Shown here piece by piece: positions 16,087 to 25,349 of a DNA stretch of 32,000 nucleotides. The stretch is taken from the NCBI GenBank assembly GCA_021650915.1, contig CP091279.1, forward strand, positions 3,990,001-4,022,000, in the 5' to 3' direction. The position numbers and the translations under genes were made by a program. Within the stretch, counting starts at the first letter, position 1. Every line of letters starts with the position of its first letter. The notes under the pieces are model-generated. The model did not search any database, was not told where the DNA came from, and saw only the letters and a list, made by a program, of their open reading frames with translations. The DNA comes from Candidatus Brocadia sp. (GTDB lineage: Bacteria; Planctomycetota; Brocadiia; Brocadiales; Brocadiaceae).

Positions 16087-18210
16087 ATGAACAATACCCG
16101 AATACGAATACTTCTCGTGGACGACGACGAAGATGATTATGTAATAGCCCGTGAATTGTTTTCTGAAATCTCGACCTGGAAACCTGAACTGGATTGGGTA
16201 AAAACGTATGACGCAGCAATGGAAATGATCCGGACAAGACAGCATGATGTGTATCTCTTTGATTATCGGCTTGGTCTCGGCGAACACACCGGACTGGAAC
16301 TCTTGCGTGAAACGATAACCACGGGTTGCAAGGCTCCCATAATCATCCTCACCGGTCAGGGAGATTACCGTGTGGATATGGAGGCAATACGAAAAGGTGC
16401 ATCGGATTACCTGATTAAGGGGCAGATAAACTCTTCACTGTTGGAGAAATCGATCCGCCATGCCATTGAACGCAAGCGTGCGGAAGAAGCAATCAGATCA
16501 GCAAAAAATTATTCGGAATACCTTGTTGCATGCTCGCTCGATATGATTGTTGCCGCCAACTTAGGCTTAGAAATCACCGAATTCAACCCCTCCGCCGAAA
16601 AGATGTTTGGCTATTGCAAGTCAGAAGTACTTGGCAAATCAATCCGCATGCTGTTTGCAGACGCCATGGAATCCAAACAGGTTACTGAAAAAATATTAAA
16701 AGAAAAGATTTTTTCAGGAGAAATAAATAAAAGAAAAAAAAGCGGGGAGATTTTCCCCTCCTTCTTATCTGCATCCATCCTGAAGGATATCAATGATAAA
16801 GAAATAGGAATCGTAGGTATTTTGCGCGATATAACAGAACGCAATCGTCTTATCGATCAACTCCGGTACAATGCATTTCACGATCCGTTAACAAACTTGC
16901 CCAACAGGAATCTGTTCATGGAACGATTGGAGCGCTTACTTGAACACGCAAAAAGAAACAGAAACAGTGCGTTTTCCGTCCTCTTTCTCGATCTCGACCG
17001 TTTCAAGGTGGTAAACGATAGCCTCGGTCACCTCTCGGGAGATAAATTGCTGATCTTAATTGCACAAAAATTGAGAGAATGCCTGCGAAGATCGGATACC
17101 GTTGCTCGTTTTGGAGGAGATGAGTTTGCAATCCTTCTTGATAATGTCGATGACCACTTCAATGCAAAATTTGTGGCAGAGAGAATCCTGGAAACCTTGA
17201 AGGATCCTTTCGTCCTCGACGGACACAAAATTGTTGTTTCTGCCAGCATTGGAATTGTTATAAAAGGCGAATTGTATAATCGTCCGGAGGATATTCTGAG
17301 AGACGCCGACACGGTGATGTATCGGGCAAAGATGCTTGGCAAGGCACGGTATGCAATATTTAATATTGAAATGCATGCCCATGCAATGAACTTTTTACAG
17401 TTAGAGACGGACCTCCGGCATGCTATTGAACGCTCGGAACTCGTCATTTATTATCAGCCCATTGTGTCATTGGCAACCTCGGAAATTGTTGCCGTCGAAT
17501 CTCTCGTTCGCTGGCAACATCCACAACGTGGCTTAATTTTACCGGATGAGTTCATTCCCCTGGCAGAGGAAACCCGGGAGATCGATAAGGTTGGCTATTG
17601 GGTTATCCAAGAGGCATGCGCCCAAAATAAGGCATGGCATGATATGGGATTTTCAAACATAACCGTCACCGTGAATATATCGTTGTTACAATTCCAGCGT
17701 AAGGAATTGCCGGAACAGATCGGAACAATCATTAAAAACACTGGCTTATCTGCCGACGCCTTTGAATTGGAAATCACGGAAAGCACGGTAATGGAGAGCA
17801 AGGGACTCGTTCTCGAAATTTTTAAAGAACTGAATAAGATGAAAATCCATCTCATGATGGATGATTTTGGTATCGGTTTTTCTTCAATCAACAGTTTGAA
17901 GCATCTTCCTTTCAGCACGTTAAAAATTGACCGGTCTTTAATTTCGGACATTGACACCAATCCGGACGCCTCGGCAATTGTCAAATCCATTATAGACATG
18001 GCGCACACGCTGAAAATAAAAGTGATTGCAGAGGGAGTGGAGACACCAGGCCAACTGGAGCTGTTGCGGTCGTATAACTGTGATTATGCACAGGGGTACT
18101 TGTTCTACTGTCCCATGAAAGCAGAAGAGATTACCAGCCTGCTGAGACAGTCAAAGAAATATCCGTCAGAAAAGAAAAGTAACATTACGCGTGAATTCAG
18201 TCCTTCGTAA
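16087..18210 (+). CDS. REC-PAS-GGDEF-EAL c-di-GMP turnover protein
   Basis: The REC domain shows ILLVDDDEDDY and DVYLFDYRLG. A PAS domain follows (..RDITERN). The GGDEF motif RFGGDEFAIL is intact. The EAL domain has ESLVRW in place of EALVRW, plus ELEITES, DDFGIGFSS, EGVET and QGYLF. Confidence 0.85.
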   Translation: MNNTRIRILLVDDDEDDYVIARELFSEISTWKPELDWVKTYDAAMEMIRTRQHDVYLFDYRLGLGEHTGLELLRETITTGCKAPIIILTGQGDYRVDMEAIRKGASDYLIKGQINSSLLEKSIRHAIERKRAEEAIRSAKNYSEYLVACSLDMIVAANLGLEITEFNPSAEKMFGYCKSEVLGKSIRMLFADAMESKQVTEKILKEKIFSGEINKRKKSGEIFPSFLSASILKDINDKEIGIVGILRDITERNRLIDQLRYNAFHDPLTNLPNRNLFMERLERLLEHAKRNRNSAFSVLFLDLDRFKVVNDSLGHLSGDKLLILIAQKLRECLRRSDTVARFGGDEFAILLDNVDDHFNAKFVAERILETLKDPFVLDGHKIVVSASIGIVIKGELYNRPEDILRDADTVMYRAKMLGKARYAIFNIEMHAHAMNFLQLETDLRHAIERSELVIYYQPIVSLATSEIVAVESLVRWQHPQRGLILPDEFIPLAEETREIDKVGYWVIQEACAQNKAWHDMGFSNITVTVNISLLQFQRKELPEQIGTIIKNTGLSADAFELEITESTVMESKGLVLEIFKELNKMKIHLMMDDFGIGFSSINSLKHLPFSTLKIDRSLISDIDTNPDASAIVKSIIDMAHTLKIKVIAEGVETPGQLELLRSYNCDYAQGYLFYCPMKAEEITSLLRQSKKYPSEKKSNITREFSPS

Positions 18211-18302
18211 CTCCGAAAGAAACGATGGGGTTTTTCTTTCATCATATACCGCAGCAGGTAAATTGCGATCATCTCACAAAATATTTTAAAGGAGGTGAAT
18301 CT

Positions 18303-19415
18303 ATGAGAAGCAAAAATCGGCTCACCGTATTGTTGTTGGTTTTGATGGTCTCGCATGTTTGCACTTTGGTGGTTCGTGCAAATGAAACAACAGGTTTACC
18401 GAAGGCATATCTCATTGCCGGCGTACCGCACCATAAGCAAATCACCGGCCTTTCCTGCGGTCCTGCATCCCTTGAAATCCTCTACGATTTCTGGGGGGAG
18501 GATATCGATCAAAGGGCTATTACCGATGTCACACGCACCTCTTCAATAGGCACTTATACCTGGGACATGATGCGCGCCGGATATTTCAGCCATTTGAGCA
18601 GGGCACAGGGAAGATTCTTTCCCAGCTACGCCCCCAAGGCTGGCTACCCGGAAAGGCCATTGGGTTACGTCTCTTTTTCCCACGCGTCAGACAACCTGTG
18701 GTGGACAGACCTTAAAGGATTGATCGCCAGGAATATCCCCGTTGTCTTACTCATGAAATATGCACCGGATGATGCAACCGGACACTATCGGATAATCGTT
18801 GGGTATGATGAAGAGAACGGTGTTGTTTACTTTGTTGATCCATGGGGTCGCGACTTAAACAAGATGACAAACCCTGATGGTACCATTACCTGGAGCATGA
18901 CAGACTTTAAAGATGCATGGAATTATATTGGCTACGGCACAGATCGGCCTTATTGGGGAGCGGTAATAATGCCCTGGAGGGTTACCATTCATACCACCGG
19001 TGAAATAGCCCCAGGTTCCATACTTGAAGTAACCGCAGAGATTACCTATCCATGCCTGCAACCGTTCGATTGCTCGGCCTATTCTGCCTTCAATGCCAGT
19101 GCAGAAATTATTTTACCTCCAGAAATATCCTTATGGCAGGGCGCATCCAGAATCGACATCGGATCCTTCCAGGCCGGAGAAAAGGTTACCGTTACCTGGC
19201 TAGTAAAACTTGATGAGGACGGACCAGATTCCTCAATCACCGTAAAAGCCACAGGATTTGTCTCCGGCGCTGTTCCAGAAGCCCTTCGGATGGGTGAGAA
19301 AACGAAACCTCATAGCAACAAAGACGAGGACGGCAACAAGAAGAACAATAGGAATTGTTATCCTGCTTATGATTATACCGACGAAATCGGTGTTGAAGAG
19401 CACCTGGAACTGTAA
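18303..19415 (+). CDS. Secreted papain-like cysteine peptidase (Peptidase_C39-like) with a C-terminal beta-rich domain and a K/N/D-rich tail
   Basis: The RBS AAAGGAGGTG sits before ATG 18303 (the track starts at 18225). It has a signal peptide (LLLVLMVSHVCTLVVRA). The catalytic Cys context is VPHHKQITGLSCGPASLEIL and the His context is ATGHYRIIVGYDEENGVVYFVDPWG. Confidence 0.65.
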   Translation: MRSKNRLTVLLLVLMVSHVCTLVVRANETTGLPKAYLIAGVPHHKQITGLSCGPASLEILYDFWGEDIDQRAITDVTRTSSIGTYTWDMMRAGYFSHLSRAQGRFFPSYAPKAGYPERPLGYVSFSHASDNLWWTDLKGLIARNIPVVLLMKYAPDDATGHYRIIVGYDEENGVVYFVDPWGRDLNKMTNPDGTITWSMTDFKDAWNYIGYGTDRPYWGAVIMPWRVTIHTTGEIAPGSILEVTAEITYPCLQPFDCSAYSAFNASAEIILPPEISLWQGASRIDIGSFQAGEKVTVTWLVKLDEDGPDSSITVKATGFVSGAVPEALRMGEKTKPHSNKDEDGNKKNNRNCYPAYDYTDEIGVEEHLEL

Positions 19416-19799
19416 CCTACCTGCATTATCCAGGGAGTAGATGGTATAGTATTCCTGTCGCACTTCATAAGCACTGATTCATTCAACGTTTGTCGATATT
19501 AGGCTTCCAATTCATGATATAAAAAAGCAAGCTCCTGTCAAATTGACACACAAACAAGAATTGTTCACCGGAGAATGCTGTCATAATGGCACACCGATAC
19601 GAGAGAAAATCATTTCATTCTCATTTTGCATGCGAGATAATTTTGTCTATTTTGTTGAATCGAAACAAGTTAGGTACCATTGAAACAATATGGATAAATC
19701 TATAGTAAAACAAGGCAAAAGGCATTTATTTTGCTACTGTTCACCCAGATATATAATTTTGTCTTTATTGATAGTAAAAATTTTGGAGGATAGTTCGAT

Positions 19800-21437
19800 A
19801 TGTCGGCGAAAAAGATTATATTTGACCATGATGCACTTGATACCGTTAAGCTTGGCGTTAAGCAACTGGCGGATGCCGTAAAGATTACCTTAGGACCTCG
19901 GGGGCGCAATGTCATTATACAAAAGAGCTTTGGTTCGCCTACCATAACAAAGGACGGCGTTACGGTTGCAAAGGAAATTGAACTTTCAGACCATATGCAA
20001 AATATTGGCGCACAGATGGTAAAATCCGTCGCTTCAAAAACCAGCGATGTCGCCGGCGACGGCACTACAACCGCAACGGTGCTTGCAGAGGCGATCTTTG
20101 TTGAAGGATTAAAAAATGTTACGGCCGGGACGAATGCGATGGCCCTGAAACGCGGCATCGACAAGGCTGTTGAGGCAATCGTAAAAAAATTGAGAGAGAT
20201 GAGTATCGCGACGAAAGGACGAAAAGAGATTGAACAGGTCGCCACTGTTGCCTCGAATTACGATACCGAAATTGGCAAGATCATAGCCGACGCCATGGAG
20301 AAAGTTGGGAAAGACGGGGTAATAACGGTGGAAGAGGGTAAAAGCCTGCAAACCGAGGCAAAATGGATTGAAGGGCTGCAGTTTGATAAAGGTTACCTGT
20401 CGCCATATTTTGTCACGAATCCCAATACGATGCAATGCATATTAGAAGACGCCTATATTTTAATTCATGAGAAGAAAATTACTACCGCAAAGCTGTTGGT
20501 TCCTCTTTTGGAAAAGATCTCTCAAACAGGCAAACCCTTGCTGATTATTGCTGAAGAAATAGAAGGTGAGGCATTGACTCTCCTGGTAGTCAACAAACTT
20601 CGCGGCGCGCTGAAATGCGCAGCAGTAAAGGCGCCGGGGTTTGGAGACAAGCGCAAGGCCATGCTGGAAGACATCGCAATTCTCACCGGTGGCCAGGCGG
20701 TTTTTGAAGATCTTGGGATCAATATGGAAACCATCCAGATCAAGGACATTGGCCGTGCAAAGAAGATCGAAATTGATAAGGAAAATACCATCATCATCGA
20801 AGGGGCGGGTGATGGGAAAAAAATCAAGTCTCGTATTGAACAGATTAAAAAGGAGATTTCCATAACCACCTCGGATTATGATCGTGAAAAGCTCCAGGAA
20901 AGACTGGCAAAGATGGCTGGCGGCGTTGTGCAGATTAATGTAGGCGCTGCGACTGAAAGTGAAATGAAAGAAAAAAAGGCGCGGGTAGAAGATGCGCTTC
21001 ACGCCACCCGCGCCGCCGTTGAAGAAGGAATTCTCCCCGGTGGAGGCGTAGCGCTTTTACGGTGCCTTCCGGCGCTGGATGCCTTAAAACTATCCAGTGA
21101 TGAGGCCGTGGGCGTTGACATTGTCCGCAGGGCATTGCGGGCCCCCTTACGGCAAATCGCTGCAAACGCTGGGGTAAATGCCGCGATTATTGTGCAGAAA
21201 GTGGAAACCGCCAAAGGCAATGAAGGATATGATGCCAGCGCTGACCGGTATTGTGATATGGTCAGTGAAGGGATTATCGACCCGACAAAAGTGGTCAGAA
21301 CGGCGCTGCAAAATGCCGCCAGTATCTCTACGCTACTCCTGACAACGGATGCCATTGTGGGCAAAATACCAGAAAAGAAAAAGATGCCTCCTATGCCGCC
21401 AGGCGGTGGATACGGTGGATACGGCGATATGTATTAA
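19800..21437 (+). CDS. groEL: Chaperonin GroEL (Cpn60)
   Basis: The ORF is full length with [10 protein letters not shown] and [16 protein letters not shown]. Its C-terminal tail is [16 protein letters not shown]. No groES lies upstream. Confidence 0.95.
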   Translation: MSAKKIIFDHDALDTVKLGVKQLADAVKITLGPRGRNVIIQKSFGSPTITKDGVTVAKEIELSDHMQNIGAQMVKSVASKTSDVAGDGTTTATVLAEAIFVEGLKNVTAGTNAMALKRGIDKAVEAIVKKLREMSIATKGRKEIEQVATVASNYDTEIGKIIADAMEKVGKDGVITVEEGKSLQTEAKWIEGLQFDKGYLSPYFVTNPNTMQCILEDAYILIHEKKITTAKLLVPLLEKISQTGKPLLIIAEEIEGEALTLLVVNKLRGALKCAAVKAPGFGDKRKAMLEDIAILTGGQAVFEDLGINMETIQIKDIGRAKKIEIDKENTIIIEGAGDGKKIKSRIEQIKKEISITTSDYDREKLQERLAKMAGGVVQINVGAATESEMKEKKARVEDALHATRAAVEEGILPGGGVALLRCLPALDALKLSSDEAVGVDIVRRALRAPLRQIAANAGVNAAIIVQKVETAKGNEGYDASADRYCDMVSEGIIDPTKVVRTALQNAASISTLLLTTDAIVGKIPEKKKMPPMPPGGGYGGYGDMY

Positions 21438-21490
21438 TAATAAAATGGTTGTATTCCGAGGCAGTTCCATAATTTTAACCATTTCAGATA

Positions 21491-21526
21491 AACAAAAAAC
21501 CCCGCCCGTCTGCGGGGTTTTTTGTT
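21491..21526 (+). terminator. Intrinsic terminator after groEL
   Basis: The hairpin is AAAAAACCCCGC-ccgtct-GCGGGGTTTTTTG. Confidence 0.85.
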
Positions 21527-21578
21527 GGTGATGTTTCAATTGCTAGGGATGTGCACGAAATCTGTTACCGTTAAACCT

Positions 21579-21608
21579 CTTGCACTCGAAATCAAAAATT
21601 GATATAGT
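21579..21608 (+). promoter_or_regulatory. Possible promoter of hsp20-lon (TTGCAC-N18-TATAGT)
   Basis: The assignment rests on hexamer similarity only. The same TATAGT hexamer occurs upstream of groEL at 19701-19706. Confidence 0.3.
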
Positions 21609-21651
21609 TATTCCGGTCTTCTGAAAACCGTGGGGGGCAGCCATATTAACG

Positions 21652-22104
21652 ATGTCAATACATTACAACAACCCTTACAAAACGCATGCACACGAGAATC
21701 ATCTGGAAAAGATTTTTTCAGAATTTTTTACCCTGAATAAAAATATCCCTATGCAGTCGTCGTCCCCATGGCAACCCCCAACTGACATCTATGAAACCCC
21801 GGATGATATTGTCGTGAAGATGTCCATACCAGGGATGAAATCAGAGGATATCCACATCTCCTTTTTAGAAGACGTTCTTACGATTCATGGATTGGTAAGT
21901 GATGCCTCGCCACGCGAGAGGATCTGTTTTTATCAGGTAGAAATCCGTTACGGGTACTTTGAAAGAAAGATCGTCATTCCCAAATCCGTTGATACGGAAA
22001 ATATGCAAGCCACCTATAAAGATGGATTTCTCCAGGTTGTTTTGCCGAAGACAAAGCAGCCCTCGTCGCAAAAGATTTCGGTAAAAATTAAATTTCATCA
22101 GTAG
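21652..22104 (+). CDS. Small heat-shock protein, Hsp20/alpha-crystallin family
   Basis: The alpha-crystallin core shows PPTDIYETPDDIVVKMSIPGMKSEDIHISF...LTIHG and ATYKDGFLQVVLPK. Confidence 0.85.
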   Translation: MSIHYNNPYKTHAHENHLEKIFSEFFTLNKNIPMQSSSPWQPPTDIYETPDDIVVKMSIPGMKSEDIHISFLEDVLTIHGLVSDASPRERICFYQVEIRYGYFERKIVIPKSVDTENMQATYKDGFLQVVLPKTKQPSSQKISVKIKFHQ

Positions 22105-22129
22105 CTTTTCTGAAAGGGCGTAAGATTCT

Positions 22130-24571
22130 ATGAAAGAGAACGAAGACAAAGACCCGTCAGAACCGAAAATTACGTTACATCAAAAATCCGATACTGAGGA
22201 AGAGGGGCGGCTGGATAAACCAAAGGTGCCACAGGAGATGCCGCTCCTTCCCATAAAAGATACCGTGGTTTTTCCTAACATGGTGGCTGCCTTAAGCGTG
22301 GTTACGGAAAGAGACATTAAGCTTTTAAACCACGTTCTGGCAGAAAACCGCTTTCTTGCGCTGGTGGCGCAAAAGGATAAAGATCTCAAGGTTGTACAGC
22401 AATCGGATTTGTATGATTATGCCACGGCAGCCGTTGTGCTTCAGATGCTGCGCATGCCGGATAATTCCGCCAAGATGCTGGTGCAAGGGATATGCAGGAT
22501 TAAAATTGATGACTACATCCAGACAGAGCCCTATTTTAAGGTCAAGGTTACGGTTCTCGAAGACATCATTGAGAATGACATGGAAACCGAGGCCCTTGCG
22601 CGAAATGCGGCAGACCAGTTTGTCCGCATGATATCTCTGGCGCCGTCCTTGCCGGAAGAGCTGAAGATAGCGATTGTCAACGTTGACAGCCCGAGCCGTT
22701 TGGCAGACATGATCGCATCCCACCTGAATATTGGTGTGCCAGAAAAACAAAAGGTGCTCGAAGCCATCCACGTGAAATCCCGATTGCAGAAAGTAACTGC
22801 TTTGATTACCAGTGAAATGGAAGTTTTGGAGATGGCCACCAAGATACAGTCGCAGGTAAAAAATGAAATGGAAAAGGGACAGAAAGAATATTATCTGCGG
22901 CAGCAGTTGAAGGCGATCCAGGAAGAACTCGGTGAGGGAGACGAACGTGCCGTTGAGATCAAGGAGCTGACCAAGAAGATTGAAGAGGCGAAAATGCCTC
23001 CCGAAGCGAAAAAAGAGGCCGACCGGGAATTAAGCCGTCTTGCCAAAATGCCCTCTGCCTCAGCAGAATATACGGTCTCCAGGACCTATATCGACCTGCT
23101 GGTCGCCCTCCCGTGGTCAGTCAACACAACGGACAATCTGGATATTCAGGCCGCCCGGAAGACGTTGGATGAAGACCACTACGACCTGGAAAAGGTCAAA
23201 GAGAGGATCCTGGAATATCTGGCAGTCCGAAAATTAAAACAGGACATGAAGGGGCCGATCTTGTGTTTTGTAGGCCCTCCCGGCACCGGAAAGACTTCGG
23301 TAGGGATGTCGATTGCGCGCGCCATCGGCCGGAAATTCGTGCGGATGTCGCTGGGTGGAGTGCGGGATGAGGCTGAGGTTCGGGGCCATCGGCGCACCTA
23401 TATTGGGGCATTGCCCGGCCGCATCATCCAGGGCCTCCGGAAGGTAGGTTCAAACAATCCGGTCTTCATGCTGGATGAGATTGATAAACTGGGCGCTGAT
23501 TTCCGCGGCGACCCATCGGCAGCGCTGCTCGAGGTTTTAGACCCGGAACAAAATCACTCATTTGCAGACCATTACCTGGATGTGCCGTTCGACCTTTCCA
23601 GGGTAATGTTTATCACCACGGCAAATCTCCTGGACCCCATCCCTCCTGCCCTCAAAGATCGTATGGAGGTGCTGGAACTTCCCGGATATACCGCGGACGA
23701 GAAGGTATTCATTGCAAAACAATTTACCATACCCAAACAACTGAAGGAACACGGACTCACCGAAGAGCAAATCACCATTGAAGATGACGCCATCAGGACG
23801 GTCATCAGCGATTACACGCGAGAGGCCGGCATCCGTAATTTTGAGCGCGAAATTGCCCATATCTGCCGGAAGGTTGCCAAAGACATTGCATCAGGGGAAA
23901 AAAAGTCAGCGATCATAACGGCCGACCAGCTGCACAATTTGCTGGGACCCATCAAATTTTTCTCAGAAACAGCGGAACGGACATCAGAGGCTGGTGTCGC
24001 AACGGGGCTTGCCTGGACGCAGGCCGGCGGAGACATCCTTTTTATTGAAGCAACGCTTATGGCCGGAACAGGAAAACTCCTGCTGACCGGGCAATTGGGT
24101 GACGTTATGAAGGAGTCCGCCCAGGCAGCGATGAGTTATATTCGGGCGAAACTGGCAAAGCTGGGAATTGCCTTCAAGGATTTTCATAAATACGATTTTC
24201 ACATCCATGTCCCCGCCGGCGCCATTCCTAAAGATGGGCCTTCTGCCGGGGTAACAATGGCAATGGCGTTGATTTCTCTTTTGAAGGAAACCCCCATTCT
24301 TTCTAATGTGGCTATGACGGGCGAGATTACCCTGCGTGGCCGTGTGCTGCCGGTAGGCGGCATCAAGGAGAAGGTGCTTGCCGCCAAACGGGCTGGAATC
24401 ACCACCGTCGTCCTGCCAAAACGAAATGAGAAAGACCTGGTCGAAGTGCCTGAAAATGCCAAGAAAGAGATGAAGTTTGTATTTGTAGAAAAGGTCGATG
24501 AGATGTTGCCGGTCGTCTTTGGGACAAAAGAGCCGGCAGTGAAAAAGAAAAGGATTTTTAGCAAGGTTTAG
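22130..24571 (+). CDS. lon: ATP-dependent Lon protease (LonA type)
   Basis: It has an N-terminal LON domain, Walker [10 protein letters not shown], Walker [10 protein letters not shown] and the catalytic Ser motif PKDGPSAGV. It starts 25 nt after hsp20. Confidence 0.95.
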   Translation: MKENEDKDPSEPKITLHQKSDTEEEGRLDKPKVPQEMPLLPIKDTVVFPNMVAALSVVTERDIKLLNHVLAENRFLALVAQKDKDLKVVQQSDLYDYATAAVVLQMLRMPDNSAKMLVQGICRIKIDDYIQTEPYFKVKVTVLEDIIENDMETEALARNAADQFVRMISLAPSLPEELKIAIVNVDSPSRLADMIASHLNIGVPEKQKVLEAIHVKSRLQKVTALITSEMEVLEMATKIQSQVKNEMEKGQKEYYLRQQLKAIQEELGEGDERAVEIKELTKKIEEAKMPPEAKKEADRELSRLAKMPSASAEYTVSRTYIDLLVALPWSVNTTDNLDIQAARKTLDEDHYDLEKVKERILEYLAVRKLKQDMKGPILCFVGPPGTGKTSVGMSIARAIGRKFVRMSLGGVRDEAEVRGHRRTYIGALPGRIIQGLRKVGSNNPVFMLDEIDKLGADFRGDPSAALLEVLDPEQNHSFADHYLDVPFDLSRVMFITTANLLDPIPPALKDRMEVLELPGYTADEKVFIAKQFTIPKQLKEHGLTEEQITIEDDAIRTVISDYTREAGIRNFEREIAHICRKVAKDIASGEKKSAIITADQLHNLLGPIKFFSETAERTSEAGVATGLAWTQAGGDILFIEATLMAGTGKLLLTGQLGDVMKESAQAAMSYIRAKLAKLGIAFKDFHKYDFHIHVPAGAIPKDGPSAGVTMAMALISLLKETPILSNVAMTGEITLRGRVLPVGGIKEKVLAAKRAGITTVVLPKRNEKDLVEVPENAKKEMKFVFVEKVDEMLPVVFGTKEPAVKKKRIFSKV

Positions 24572-24631
24572 TAGTTCAGGTCACCAAGGCACAAAGTCAG
24601 GAAGTAAAAATGTAATTGAGGGACTTCATAT

Positions 24632-24859
24632 ATGGATATAGCAATTAAAAAACAGGCTAAGAAAGCAATTGAAACCCTTTCTGATAAAAAGGCCCGCGTT
24701 GCCCTGGATTTCATCAATTACCGCAGAGGAAGGGAGGAATGGGAGGCGACTTCTGAACTTCTTTCTGACGAAAAACTTTCGATGGATTACAAAGCGGCGA
24801 GAGAAGAAATTAAAGAAGGCAACACGGTAAAATGGAAAAATATCAAGAGAAACGTTTGA
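24632..24859 (+). CDS. Type II antitoxin-like small protein (75 aa)
   Basis: It is small and acidic. The pattern ...EEWEATSELLSDEKL...AREEIKEGNTV.W is typical of antitoxins paired with RelE/ParE toxins. It lies immediately upstream of a RelE/ParE-like remnant. Confidence 0.6.
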   Translation: MDIAIKKQAKKAIETLSDKKARVALDFINYRRGREEWEATSELLSDEKLSMDYKAAREEIKEGNTVKWKNIKRNV

Positions 24860-25309
24860 GATAGAATTTTCCAGAAAGGCCGAGAAATATTACTGTTCTG
24901 CAGATGAAAAGACGGTGAGAATTCTCAACAGATGTCTTGAAATTATTGCTAAAGAACCTTTTTATCATGCAAACATAAAAAACTGCATGGAGAGTTTGAA
25001 GGAAGCTATAGATACAGGTCGGGAAGTTTAGAAATTGTATAACACTTTAGTTTTTTGAAAAATTACTATAATAACGATGTTGCCGCACGGTGTAAGGGCG
25101 AAGCATTTGCCATAAATTGGTATAAATGTATTCATACCCCAAGCTGGCAAATGCTTCGCCCCTACTTTTTCAAAAAACTAAAGTGTTACGGAATTGTATA
25201 TTCTGTGGATGAAGAAGAAAGAATTGTTTATAGTGAAATAATTACGAACAAAAGGTTAAAGAAGTTGGGAATAAGTGACTGCTTTAAAATAATGATGCGC
25301 ATAGTATAG
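24852..25309 (+). pseudogene. RelE/ParE-family toxin gene inactivated by a frameshift and by MITE insertion
   Basis: Frame A reads TFEIEFSRKAEKYYCSADEKTVRILNRCLEIIAKEPFYHANIK. After the A6 run (24977-24982) the sense continues in another frame as KLHGEFEGSYRYRSGSLEIV. The MITE then interrupts. After it, the same frame resumes as (I)VYSVDEEERIVYSEIITNKR.... I found no canonical start codon. Confidence 0.7.
25039..25189. mobile_element. MITE-like element, copy B (151 bp), inverted relative to copy A
   Basis: It has the same 24-bp TIRs and internal GGGCGAAGCATTTGCC/GGCAAATGCTTCGCCCC pair. By eye it shows about nine substitutions and one 1-nt indel against the reverse complement of copy A. It is flanked by GAAATTGT / GGAATTGT (7 of 8 positions match). 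Confidence 0.85.
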
Positions 25310-25349
25310 GTCGCTGCAAAGTTCGGATTTTTAACCTTTTGGATTCGGA

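Noticed and set aside
15766-16287. A 173-aa minus-strand ORF spanning the CheY and REC-GGDEF junction.
   Set aside because: It is antisense to two receiver domains with clear motifs and crosses their intergenic RBS. It is a shadow ORF.
19416-19799. An expected groES gene or a CIRCE/HrcA operator upstream of groEL.
   Set aside because: There is no ORF with GroES features and no TTAGCACTC-N9-GAGTGCTAA-like inverted repeat. The absence is reported as an observation instead.
10226-25189. The two inverted MITE copies could define a 15-kb composite transposon carrying the signalling block, groEL and lon.
   Set aside because: Each copy has its own matching 8-bp duplication on both of its sides (GCGAAAGA for A, GAAATTGT/GGAATTGT for B). 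This indicates two independent insertions. A composite element would show one duplication at the two outer ends only. The cargo is also core housekeeping (groEL, lon).
10226-25189. The repeated 150-bp units as a CRISPR array or rRNA/tRNA-related repeat.
   Set aside because: There are only two copies, 14.7 kb apart and in opposite orientation, with TIRs and target duplications. There is no repeat-spacer periodicity and no cas genes.
25055-25309. The 84-aa ORF in the track (MKNYYNNDVAARCKGEAF...).
   Set aside because: Its first 45 or so codons read through the MITE, and only its tail (IVYSVDEEERIVYSEIITNKR...) is genuine RelE/ParE coding sequence. It is a chimeric artefact of the insertion.
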